A stretch of 64,000 bases of DNA, taken from the NCBI GenBank assembly GCA_963702475.1, contig CAVPCT010000001.1, positions 32,001-96,000 on the forward strand, in the 5' to 3' direction. The DNA comes from an uncultured Thermoleophilia bacterium (GTDB taxonomy: Bacteria; Actinomycetota; Thermoleophilia; UBA2241). The translations under genes and the position numbers were made by a program. Shown in pieces: positions 44,996 through 56,034 of this stretch (positions are counted from its first letter, which is position 1; each line of letters begins with the position of its first letter). The notes below the pieces were generated by a model. The model ran no database searches. It was not told the DNA's origin and saw nothing but the letters and a program-made list of their open reading frames with translations.

Positions 44996-45212
44996 GTCCG
45001 GACCGGCCGCGGAGTCTACCGTGCCGGGGCGGGTGGCCGCCGGTGCGCCGCGGTCACGCTCGGAGCCTTCGGGCGAAGCTGCAGAAGCCATCGCCCGCTC
45101 ACCTCTGCGTGTCCATGTGACGATACTGGTACTGAACGTCCGGGGCGGTCACGGCCGGCGATGGCCGGAGGGTGGCGCTCCCGGGTATCCGGCCGACCGA
45201 GGAGACTTGGAC

Positions 45213-46376
45213 ATGCAGCAGCGCGTGAGACACCATACAGGAGCCGGGAGCGGTGCCGCGGCCGTCGCAGTCGTTCTCGCCGTAGTCGCGATGCTGCTGA
45301 CCGTCGCCGGCGCCGCGCTCGCGAGCGCCGGCGCGACGCAGTCGGTGCTGACGCTGCGCACGGACGGCGACCACGACGGGCTGTGGCTGCTGCCGCCGGG
45401 CGGCGGCGAGGCCACCGCGGCCGGCGTGCTGCCCGGCGTCGCCGGGCAGGTGGCCGTCTCCCCCGACGGGGCCACCGCCGCGTACCTGCCTGCCCTGGGC
45501 AAGCCGTTCGTGTGGATCGGCCACGGGCCTCTGGCCCCCAAGACGATCTCGCTGCAGGCGGCGGGCATCAAGACCGTCACGAGCATGACCTGGGTCTCCG
45601 ACGACGAGCTGCTGGTCTCGGGATCGAAGAAGGCGAACGACGGAGGCGGCTACAACGACCGTCTCTACACCGTGGACGTGAAGAGCGGCGCCGTCGCCCC
45701 CTTCCGCAACCTCGCCGGGACCCAGCCCAGCGCCGCCTCGGACACCGGCCAGATCGTCTACGTGCAGTTCAAGAAGCTCGACAACGGGAGCGTGAAGAAC
45801 GATCACACGCCGAGGTACCGCGAGAGCCTCAAGCTGACCGCGCTGACGGGGAGCGGCTCCGGGCGGACGCTCGGCTCCCGTGAGTACCGGCCGCTGGCCT
45901 ACTACCGCGCCTGGGCGGCGCCGCAGCTCGCCCCCGGTGGCAGGTGGATCATCGCCGGCGAGCTCGGCAGCGACGTGCGCGTCACCTACACCATCTCCTA
46001 CGTCGACCCGGACTACTGGACGCCGTGGCTGACGACGCTCCAGCCCACGCCCATGGCGATGGCGTGGTCTCCCGACGGCCAGAGGGTGGCGTTCGGCGGG
46101 GCGGTCACCGGCCTCGATTCGAGTACCACCTGCGTCTACGTCGCCGACGTCGCCGCAGGGATGTTGCTGCGCACCGGTCCGGAGCTCATCAACAAGGCAG
46201 CCGCCTTCTGGGCGATGGACATCGCCTGGTCCGACGGCGACCGGTTCGTGGTCGACGCGGTGGACCAGAGCGCGAGCACCGTCGACGACGAGCTCCGCGT
46301 GCTCGTGATCGACGCGAGCGACCTGGGCAAGCTCACAGATCTCGGCAGCGGGCACCTCTCCGTGTGGGTGCTGTGA
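45213..46376 (+). CDS. Secreted TolB-like beta-propeller protein
   Basis: RBS GAGGAG, signal peptide, VSPDG and WSPDGQRVAF repeats. Confidence 0.75.
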   Translation: MQQRVRHHTGAGSGAAAVAVVLAVVAMLLTVAGAALASAGATQSVLTLRTDGDHDGLWLLPPGGGEATAAGVLPGVAGQVAVSPDGATAAYLPALGKPFVWIGHGPLAPKTISLQAAGIKTVTSMTWVSDDELLVSGSKKANDGGGYNDRLYTVDVKSGAVAPFRNLAGTQPSAASDTGQIVYVQFKKLDNGSVKNDHTPRYRESLKLTALTGSGSGRTLGSREYRPLAYYRAWAAPQLAPGGRWIIAGELGSDVRVTYTISYVDPDYWTPWLTTLQPTPMAMAWSPDGQRVAFGGAVTGLDSSTTCVYVADVAAGMLLRTGPELINKAAAFWAMDIAWSDGDRFVVDAVDQSASTVDDELRVLVIDASDLGKLTDLGSGHLSVWVL

Positions 46377-46385
46377 GCGGGCGGT

Positions 46386-47219
46386 CTACGCCGACAGCAG
46401 CACGATACCGGCGAACACGGCGAGGTAGCCCGCCCACTGGTGCGGGGCCAGCCGCTCGCCCAAAAGGGCGTGGGCGTACGCGGTGACCACGACCGGCGAC
46501 AGCGACCCCAGGATGGCGACCACGCTCAGGTAGCCGATGCCGGTGGCCAGCGTGAAGAGGATGTTGGCCACCGTGAGCAGCCCGCCGATCGCGACCATGG
46601 CGGGCAGGTTCTGCCCGCGCAACCGCACCCCACGCCGGGTGACGACGAGGAAGACGAGCACGACGCAGATCGACGTGAGGCGCACGTCGAACACGGCCCA
46701 GTACGGGTGGTCCTTGCCGCTCGTGCCCAGGGCCAGCAGCATGAACCCCCAGCAGCCGGTGGCGAGCACGGCCAGGAGGACGGCCGACCTGTGGGCGTGG
46801 TCCCTGGCGCTGCGCTTCGCCCAGGCCACGAGCACCACGCCGCCTATCGTGCAGACCATGCCGAGGTACGCGGTCAGGCCGGGCCGCTCACCGGTCAGCA
46901 GGCCGTACGTGACCGGCACCAGCACGTTGGCGGCGATGATCGGCGAGACCACGCTCATGGTGCCGATGGCCAGGGCACGGTAGAAGGCGACGATCCCCAC
47001 GGTGGTGGCCACGCCGGCGAGCAGCAGGATCAGCGTGTCGGCGAGGCCGGGAGGGCTCTGGCGGGCGATCAGCACGGCTGCACCGGCCACGATCGCCGCG
47101 AACAGCTGGCTCAGGGCCGTCACCTGCCACACCGAGCGGCGCCGGCTCTCGATGCCTGCAAGGTAGTTCGACGAGCCCCAGGTGAAGCTCGCGGCCAGGG
47201 CGAGAAGGGCGGCGAGCAC
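46386..47219 (-). CDS. EamA/DMT family transporter
   Basis: FYRALAIGTMSVVSP, GERP, LGSLSPVV..LLGERL; about 10 TMs. Confidence 0.92.
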   Translation of the reverse strand: MLAALLALAASFTWGSSNYLAGIESRRRSVWQVTALSQLFAAIVAGAAVLIARQSPPGLADTLILLLAGVATTVGIVAFYRALAIGTMSVVSPIIAANVLVPVTYGLLTGERPGLTAYLGMVCTIGGVVLVAWAKRSARDHAHRSAVLLAVLATGCWGFMLLALGTSGKDHPYWAVFDVRLTSICVVLVFLVVTRRGVRLRGQNLPAMVAIGGLLTVANILFTLATGIGYLSVVAILGSLSPVVVTAYAHALLGERLAPHQWAGYLAVFAGIVLLSA

Positions 47220-47332
47220 GGTCAGGGGCGGGGGTGGCGGGACATCGCGTCTGCAAGCCTACCGGAAGCACGGGCCACGCTGCGCCGGGGGATGTAGGCT
47301 ACGACAAACGTCCTGCGGGTGAGGGAGGAGCC

Positions 47333-47653
47333 ATGCCGAAGTTCCTGTTCGTCGCCACGTACAGCGCGGAGGGTATGAGAGGCCTGTTGCGGGAGGGCGG
47401 CAGCGAGCGGCGCAAGATGATCGCCGACATCGCCGGCAACCTCGGCGGCGAGCTCGAGTCCTTCTACTACGCGTTCGGCTCCGACGACGTGTACAGCATC
47501 GTCGACCTGCCCGACAACACGACCGCCGCGGCGATGGCCATGCACATCTCCGCCGGGGGCATGGTCAAGACCAGGGTGACGGTGCTGCTCACCCCGGAGG
47601 ACGTCGACCAGTCCGCGCGGACCAAGATGTACTTCCGGCCGCCGGGGGCCTGA
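47333..47653 (+). CDS. GYD domain protein
   Basis: YSAEG..GLLREGG..LGGELESFYYAFGSDD..FRPPG; RBS GGAGGAG. Confidence 0.88.
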   Translation: MPKFLFVATYSAEGMRGLLREGGSERRKMIADIAGNLGGELESFYYAFGSDDVYSIVDLPDNTTAAAMAMHISAGGMVKTRVTVLLTPEDVDQSARTKMYFRPPGA

Positions 47654-47668
47654 CACGAGAGGAACGGC

Positions 47669-49079
<1,411 letters not shown>

Positions 49080-49102
<23 letters not shown>

Positions 49103-51578
49103 GATCCGGCACCTCCTGACGGGCGCCGGTCTCCCAGAAGCCCGTCCACGGGTCGGCGCGGCCGCGGGTCGCCCGCCGCGCCACGCGTTCCAGCGTCCAG
49201 ACGCCTCCGCCGGAGGTCCGCGTCAGCACGTTCCAGCCGATGGGCAGGGCGACCGGGGCGCCGGGCCGGGCGCGTAGCGAGTACGGCGCGGCAGACGTCG
49301 CCCCGCGCCCGTTGCGGAAGTGGTCGATGAACACCTTGCCGCCGCGCCCGGCCTTCGCCATGGTCGCGGTGTACCTGTCCGGCTCGCGCTCGACGAGTGC
49401 CTCGACCACCTCGCGCGTCCACGCGCCCACGCGCGGCCAGGACGGGCCGGGGCGGACCGGGACCACAACGTGCAGCCCCTTGCCGCCGGACGTCTTCAGG
49501 TAGCTCGTCAGGCCGCGACGCGCGAGCTCGTCGCGCAGGGTGCGCGCCGCCTCCCGCACCCGAAGCCACGGGACGTCCGGCCCGGGGTCCAGGTCGAAGA
49601 CCAGGACGTCGGGGCGCTCCAGCGTCTCCGTCCGCGAACCCCACACGTGGAACTCGATCACCCCGTTCTGCACCAGGGCGAGGAGCGCTTCGGGGGTGTC
49701 GACCACGGGGTAGACGATCAGTTTGCCGTCGGCGCCCCGCACGGTGACCCGCGACACGTTGCGTGGCACCGACGGGGTCACGTGTTTCTGGAAGAAGCAG
49801 CCCTCGGTCACGCCATCCGGGCAGCGGATCAGCGTGAGCGGGCGCCGGGCCAGGTAGGGCACCATGAGCTCGGCGACGGTGTCGTAATACCGCGCCACAT
49901 CGAGCTTCGTGAGTCCCGCGTCGGGGAAGACCGGGCGCTCCGGGTGCGTGATCCCGACGCCGCGGATCTCGGCATCGCCGCCGCGGCCTCCCGTTCGCGT
50001 GAGCCGGCCCCCCGCCCGTCGCCCGTCGCCGGCAGTCGCCGGCTCTTCCCTCACGACCTCGCTCGCCGCCTTGTCCTCGCGCAGCCCCCGGAACACCGGC
50101 TGCCTCAGCCGCCCGTCGGCGGTCCACTCCGTGAACGAGACCTCGGCGACGAGCTCCGGCTCCACCCAATGCACGCCGCGGGCGTCCGCGCCCCGGGGCG
50201 CATCGACGAAGGGCGGGTCGGCGCGCTCCAGAGCGGCCAGGCGCCCGGCCAGCCGCCGCAGCGTCGCGTCGTCGAAGCCCGACCCGACGCGACCCGCGAA
50301 GCGCAGCGCCCGGCCGTCGTACACGCCCAGCAGCAGCGCGCCGAAGCCGGCGCGTGACCCGGAAGGCTCGGTGAAGCCGCCGATCACGAGTTCCTGGCGG
50401 CGTCCGCACTTGATCTTCTGCCAGGAGGTGCTGCGCCGTCCGGCGTAGCGGTCGCCGGCGCGCTTGGAGACCACGCCCTCGAGGCCGCGACGGCAGGCCT
50501 CCTCGACCACCTCCGCGCCGCCGCCTTCGATGTGGTCGCCGAAGCGCACGACGCCTCCGGGCGGCCGTCGGCGACCGTCCAGCAGTCGCTGCAGACGCGC
50601 CTTGCGCTCGCGCAGCGGCAGCTCCCTGAGGTCATCGCCGTCTTCGAAGAGGAGGTCGAAGACGACGTAGGTGAGGCGCGATGAGGAGGCCGCAGAAGAC
50701 TGCTGCAGGGCGTGGAAGTCGCTGACGCCCCGCCCGTCGAAGACGACCACCTCGCCGTCCAGCCACGTCCCGCCGAGACCGAGCTCCGCTACGGCCTCGG
50801 CGACGGGCGCGAACCGCTCGGTCCAGTCCTTGCCGGTGCGTGACTGCAGGCGCACGTCGCCACCGTCCACGCGTGCCGCGATGCGGTAGCCGTCGTACTT
50901 GACCTCGTGGAGCCAGTCGTCGCCGTCCGGCGGCTCGCGGACGAGGGTCGCGGCGGCGAGCGCTACGGTGGCCGGCAGGGCGGTCGCGGCGCCGTCGGCT
51001 ATCTCCGCCATGGTCCGTCCGCTGGCCACGCTGCGGTCGTCAGGCCCCCAGGGATCCGCCGCGCCGGGACGCGCCTCGTCGTCGCGCTCCTTGATGAGCA
51101 GCCACTGGCGAGCCCGGTCCGGCTCGTCACCAGGGCGCCCGGTGCGCACCAGCACCCAGCCGCCGCGCAGCCGCTTACCGGAGAGGCGGACTTTCAGCTC
51201 GCCCTTCTCCAGCCCCTGGCGCGGCTCCCCCACCGGCTCCCAGGAGCCGGTGTCCCACAGCATGACGGTGCCGCCGCCGTACTCGCCTCGCGGGATCGTG
51301 CCTTCGAAGGTGCCGTACTCGAGCGGGTGGTCCTCGACCTCCACGGCCAGGCGGCGGACTCGGGGATCGTAGCTCGGGCCCTTGGGGACCGCCCAGCTCT
51401 TGAGCGCGCCGTCGAGCTCCAGTCTGAAGTCCCAGTGCACCTGCCGCGCGGCGTGCTTCTGCACGCAGAGCAGGCCGCCCTTCTCGGCGGCGCGCCGCCG
51501 CGACCCTGCGGCCCCTTGCGGTTCGTCCGTCTTCGTGAAGTCGCGCTTGCGGCGGTACTCGCGCAGGCCGGCCATCAC
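49080..51578 (-). CDS. ligD: NHEJ DNA ligase D (phosphoesterase-ligase-polymerase)
   Basis: PE domain RDFTKTDEP, QKHAAR..HWDFRLE; ligase EVKYDGYR, EGVVSKR; polymerase FDLDPG, KTSGGKGLH. Confidence 0.96.
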
Positions 51579-51640
51579 GTCACCTCCGCCTTCCGGAGGC
51601 CGCGACGCGGGCGGTGAAGCCTCGCGGCCCGGCTGGGCCG

Positions 51641-52462
51641 TCAGCTCGCCCTTCGTTTGCGGCCCTTCGCCTTGCGCTCCCGGGCCTGGCCCACGCTCTT
51701 CTTGAGCAGCTCCATCATGTCGATGACCTCGGCCTCCGCCCCGGCCGGCTCCGCCGCGCGCTCCGGGGAGCGGCCGGTGCGCGCCTTCTCCCCAATGAGG
51801 GCGAGCAGGTCGTCACGGTAGTCGTCGTGGAACTCCTCCGGCCGCCACGGCCCGTCCAGCGCGGCCACGAGCTGTTCCGCCAGCTCGAGCTCCTTGGACC
51901 TGATCTCGGGGGCCTCGAGCGCGGCGCCGGTCTCGAGCGCGTCGATCGTCTTGATCTCGTGGGCGAAGTGCAGCAGCTCCAGCAGGATGACGCGCTCGTC
52001 CGCGAGCAGGGCCGCCAGATGCTGCCTGCCGTGCATCACGATCGTCGCCACGGCGGCGCGTCCGGTGCGCTGCAGCACCTCGCGCAGGATGTGGTACGGC
52101 TTGACGCCGGTCTTCGTCGGCACCACGTACAGCGGTCTGTCGAAGTACTCGGGCGGGATGATCTCGCGCGGCACGGCCAGGGCGATGTCGATGGTCTCGC
52201 TGGCCTTGACGTTGGCGCGGGTGAAGTCGTCTGGCTCCAGGACGACGAAGGCCCCCTCCTCGTACTCGTAGCCCCTGACCACGTCCTCCCACGGGACCTC
52301 CCGTCCGCTCTTCTCGCTCACGCGCTTCTCGCGGACCACGGAGTTGTCGCGGCGGTCGAGCTGGCGGAAGCGGAGCTCGTCGCGGCGCGTGGCCGAGTAG
52401 AGCTGGACGGGGATCGTCACCAGTCCGAAGCTGATCGCGCCTTTCCAGAGTGGCCGGGCCAT
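51641..52462 (-). CDS. ku: NHEJ Ku protein
   Basis: WKGAISFGLVTIPV, VRGYEY, YFDRPLY, DMMELLKKS and a basic tail. Confidence 0.97.
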   Translation of the reverse strand: MARPLWKGAISFGLVTIPVQLYSATRRDELRFRQLDRRDNSVVREKRVSEKSGREVPWEDVVRGYEYEEGAFVVLEPDDFTRANVKASETIDIALAVPREIIPPEYFDRPLYVVPTKTGVKPYHILREVLQRTGRAAVATIVMHGRQHLAALLADERVILLELLHFAHEIKTIDALETGAALEAPEIRSKELELAEQLVAALDGPWRPEEFHDDYRDDLLALIGEKARTGRSPERAAEPAGAEAEVIDMMELLKKSVGQARERKAKGRKRRAS

Positions 52463-52574
52463 GAGAGACAGGTGCCCGCGGCACGGCCGCTGCTAACACG
52501 GGTGTCGCGGGGCGGCCCTTCCGGTCGCCCCGCAGCACCTGCCGGGCAGTCGGTCCGCAGCCCCGCCCGGCGCG

Positions 52575-52772
52575 TCAGTACGTGCGCCGCAGGTTCTTGT
52601 CCGGGAGTACCAGCACGACGATCAGGGTGATGAAGAAGAAGAAGAACCCCAGGATCCCGAACAGGACTGGGCTGTAGCCCTTGCGCATGGCCAGCGTGGC
52701 GCACAGCCAGGCGCAGAGGATGTCGACGATGAGCCAGATGACGTAGTACCACCACGCGATCTCGACCGGCAT
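52575..52772 (-). CDS. Small two-TM membrane protein (65 aa)
   Basis: RBS GAGGAGG; LAMRKGYSPVLFGILGFF; paralog of 10964-11176. Confidence 0.8.
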   Translation of the reverse strand: MPVEIAWWYYVIWLIVDILCAWLCATLAMRKGYSPVLFGILGFFFFFITLIVVLVLPDKNLRRTY

Positions 52773-52871
52773 GGCGCCTCCTCAGCAGTTGACGCCGACG
52801 ACCTTCTGCCCGCGGCTCCGGAGTCCTGCCCGCGTTGCCGGCGCCCTCGCCCCTTGGTCCGTCCCGTGCCC

Positions 52872-53408
52872 TCAGCCGGCGAGCAGCTCCAGCACCAGCT
52901 CGCGGAACCTGTCGAGGGAGGCCGGTACGATCTCGACCGGCGTCTGCGTGAAGTCGAAGAGCTCCAGCACGGCGATGTCGTCGATGGGCTCGAGGCCGAA
53001 ATCCAGCACCACGATGACATCGTACCTGCCGAAGTTGATACGCCCGTCGATCTCGTCCCAGCCGAGCGTGTCGACGTAGACCGCGCGCCAGTCGCGCAGG
53101 AGCGTGGGGGTGATGATGAAGGCGCGGTCGCCGAAGGCAGCCCGCTCCTCGGGCGAGAGGAAGGCCTCCACGCAGTTCCGCACGGACAGCCTGCGGCCGC
53201 CGTGCCGTGCCAGCAGCGCATCGATATCGGGAGAGCAGGCCCCGTACAGGCAGGCGGTGCCGGACTCTCCGTCCAGCGCCTCGGACAGGGCCTCGTCCAG
53301 CCCGCCGGGCACGACATCGAGCCGGCTCGGCAGCCACTCCACCTCGAGGGTGTCGTCGAGCACGTGCTCGAGCTCCGCGCGAAAGACGCTGCAGCCGATG
53401 ATCTTCAC
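52872..53408 (-). CDS. DUF1638 domain protein
   Basis: KIIGCSVFRAE, LYGACSP, NCVEAFL, F.ITP..LRDW, VVLD.G; RBS AAAGGAG. Confidence 0.8.
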   Translation of the reverse strand: MKIIGCSVFRAELEHVLDDTLEVEWLPSRLDVVPGGLDEALSEALDGESGTACLYGACSPDIDALLARHGGRRLSVRNCVEAFLSPEERAAFGDRAFIITPTLLRDWRAVYVDTLGWDEIDGRINFGRYDVIVVLDFGLEPIDDIAVLELFDFTQTPVEIVPASLDRFRELVLELLAG

Positions 53409-53461
53409 GGGCTCTCCTTTTTCTTGGCCGGCCCGACGGCGGCCGACGGTCACAGTCTGGC

Positions 53462-53489
53462 AGTGTACCCCATAGGGTATGCATGTCGG
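53462..53489 (-). promoter_or_regulatory. DUF1638 promoter with CsoR/RcnR-type operator
   Basis: Minus-strand -10 TACACT (53462-53467) overlapped by TACCCCATAGGGTAT (53466-53480); weak -35 CCGACA. Confidence 0.65.
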
Positions 53490-53570
53490 CACCGCGGCGA
53501 GTGCCGCCCTCAGCGGCGCCGCGGCCGCATGCCGACGGTGGGACACTGCAGAGGGACCCGCGGCGGAGCG

Positions 53571-53598
53571 TTGACACGGCGCCCCCCCCGTGGACAAT
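53571..53598 (+). promoter_or_regulatory. Sigma70-type promoter of acyl-adenylating enzyme 2
   Basis: TTGACA-N16-GACAAT, same layout as 22280-22307. Confidence 0.65.
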
Positions 53599-53639
53599 GG
53601 CGCACACCGGCAGGGAGATGCGGACGAGGAGGGACGGAC

Positions 53640-55583
53640 GTGGGCGAAGCGACGATGGGCGGCGGCGCTCCCGCCGACGGCGTCACGACCCTGCCGCGGC
53701 TGTTCGCCGGGTGGGCGGCCGCCTACGCGGACGAGCCGGCGCTCAGCAGCAAGACCGGCGGTGTCTTCACGCCGATCACCTACCGTGAGCTCGACCGGCG
53801 CGCGCAAGCGCTGGCGCTCGCCTTCACAGAGGTCCTCGGCCTGCGCAAGGGCGAGCTCGCGGCCCTCATCTGCAACAACCGCCCCGAGTGGATGGTGTGC
53901 AGCCTCGCCATCCACCTGGCCGGGGCGGTGGACGTGCCGCGCGCCTCGGACACGCCGCCCGATATCCTCGACGCCATCCTTCGGCACGCGGAGCCGGCGG
54001 TGGCCATCCTCGAGAACCCCGCGCAGCTGGAGAAGGCACAGGGTGCCCTGCCCGCGCTGCGCGCGGCGGTCCTCATCGACGTCCCTCCGGGCGGCGTGGG
54101 GGACGTCGGCGCAGCCGGCGGGTCGTGCGCGCTGCACACCCTGGCCGGCCTGCTCGCCCGCGGCGAAGCGCTCCTGGGCGAGCGACCCGACGAGGTGGAG
54201 CGGTTGCGCGCGCAGCTCGGGCCGGACGACCTGGCGACCGTCATCTACACGTCCGGCACCACCGGCACGCCCAAGGGCGTCGCGCTCACGCACGCCAACT
54301 ACCTGCTCAACATCCGCGAGATCCCCAAGCTCACGCAGATCGAGCGTGAGCCTGTGCTCTCCATCCTGCAGCCCTGGCACGCCTACGAGCGTCAGGTCCA
54401 GCTCATGTGCCTCAGCCTCGGCTGCTGTCTGCACTACGGCGGCATCCTCTCGCTGCGCGGAGACCTCAAGGCCGTCCGTCCGGTCGCCCTGGCCACCGTC
54501 CCCGAGCTGTGGGTGAACGTGTACAAGGGCGTCTTGCAGAGGATCGACGCCGAGAAGGACTCGCGGCGCCGCCTGGCCCGCTGGCTCATCGCACGGTCGC
54601 TCAGCTCGGCGCGGGCGCGCCGCATCCTGTCCGGCCGCGAGCCGCGGCTGCGCGAGGTCGGCGCCGGCGGTCGCGCCGCGGAGACCGTCGCCGCTTTGGT
54701 CAAGGCCGCGGTGCTCTGGCCGGTCCACGCGCTCGCCGACCGGCTCGTCTTCCGCGAGGTCCGCGCCGGCTTCGGCGGCCGCCTGCGCTATCCCGTGGTC
54801 GGGGGCGGCCCGCTCCCGGACGCCGTGGACGAGTTCTTCGACGCCGCGCGCCTGCCTTTGCTCGAGGGGTACGGCATGACGGAGGCCATCGTCGTCATGG
54901 CCCTCCGCGAGCCACAGCACCGGGTGCTCAAGTCCACCGGGCGCATCATCCACGGCATGGAGCACCGCCTGGTCGGCGAAGGCGGGCGGCCTTGCCGGCC
55001 GGGCGAGACGGGACGCCTGTACGTGCGCGGCCCCAACATCATGCAGGGCTACTACAAGGATCCTGCCCTCACAGGCGAGGTCGTCGACGCCGACGGCTGG
55101 CTCGACACCGGCGACCTCGCGCGCGTGTACACCGACGGCGGCATCCGCGTGCTCGGCCGCCTCGACGACACGGTCGTGCTGTCGAACGGCAAGAACGTCA
55201 ACGCGCCGTACCTGGAGAACGAGTTGCGCGCCAGCGAGTGGGTGGAGCGGGCGGTCGTCGTGGGCGCCGGCCGGCCCTACGTGGCTGCCTTCGTGGCGCC
55301 CAGCCGCTCCCACCTGATGGAGCTCGGCCGCAAGCTGGGCCTGCCGGCGGCCGAGCCCGAAGAGCTGGTCGAGGACGAGCGCATCAAGGCGCACTACGCC
55401 GCGCTCGTCAACGGCATCAGCGCCGACGCGCGGCGCTTCGCGAGCTACGAGCGCGTGCAGCGCGTGCGGCTGTGGCTCGAGGAGTTCCGCATCGGCCGCG
55501 AGCTGTCGCAGACCCTCAAGCTGCGGCGGCAGGAGTTCTCGCGCCTGTACTCCGCCGAGATCGAAGCCCTCTTCGAGGGCTGA
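53640..55583 (+). CDS. Long-chain fatty acid--CoA ligase-like AMP-binding enzyme, paralog 2
   Basis: RBS GAGGAGG; VIYTSGTTGTPKG, EGYGMTE, WLDTGDL, GRLDD, TLKLRR. Confidence 0.92.
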   Translation: MGEATMGGGAPADGVTTLPRLFAGWAAAYADEPALSSKTGGVFTPITYRELDRRAQALALAFTEVLGLRKGELAALICNNRPEWMVCSLAIHLAGAVDVPRASDTPPDILDAILRHAEPAVAILENPAQLEKAQGALPALRAAVLIDVPPGGVGDVGAAGGSCALHTLAGLLARGEALLGERPDEVERLRAQLGPDDLATVIYTSGTTGTPKGVALTHANYLLNIREIPKLTQIEREPVLSILQPWHAYERQVQLMCLSLGCCLHYGGILSLRGDLKAVRPVALATVPELWVNVYKGVLQRIDAEKDSRRRLARWLIARSLSSARARRILSGREPRLREVGAGGRAAETVAALVKAAVLWPVHALADRLVFREVRAGFGGRLRYPVVGGGPLPDAVDEFFDAARLPLLEGYGMTEAIVVMALREPQHRVLKSTGRIIHGMEHRLVGEGGRPCRPGETGRLYVRGPNIMQGYYKDPALTGEVVDADGWLDTGDLARVYTDGGIRVLGRLDDTVVLSNGKNVNAPYLENELRASEWVERAVVVGAGRPYVAAFVAPSRSHLMELGRKLGLPAAEPEELVEDERIKAHYAALVNGISADARRFASYERVQRVRLWLEEFRIGRELSQTLKLRRQEFSRLYSAEIEALFEG

Positions 55584-55661
55584 CGCCCGCAGACGGCTCA
55601 GTCGCCGCAGCGCTGCTGAGCCGCGCCTGGCCCGCAGGGCCCCGCAGGCGCGGGAGCAGCC

Positions 55662-55913
55662 TCAGGCCGGCGGGCCGGCCAGCCCGGCCTCGATCACGTC
55701 CACCGCGTCGCCGACGCGCTGGATGCCGAAGAGTGCCTCGTCCGAGATCGTCACCTTGAACGCCGTCTCGGCGCTTGTGACGATCGCCATGAGCTGGAGC
55801 GAGTCGGCGCCGATGTCCTCGATGAGACGCAGGTCGTCGGTCACGTCGCCGCGGTAGGCTGTCTCTTTCCCTATGATGCCCGCGAGCCTGTCGCGGATCT
55901 CGTCACGTGTCAT
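55662..55913 (-). CDS. acpP: Acyl carrier protein
   Basis: DIGADSL phosphopantetheine site, E..F.V.ISDE, VGDAVD; 83 aa, acidic. Confidence 0.9.
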   Translation of the reverse strand: MTRDEIRDRLAGIIGKETAYRGDVTDDLRLIEDIGADSLQLMAIVTSAETAFKVTISDEALFGIQRVGDAVDVIEAGLAGPPA

Positions 55914-56034
55914 GGGCGCCCCGGACCTCCGTGTCGCTGAAGCCAGCAGACTACCACGGCCGGTGACCGGTGAGGCCGGTGACTCGCACGGGGGCCGTGA
56001 CTTGCAGGTGCAGCCCGGCCGGAGCGGCGGCGCC

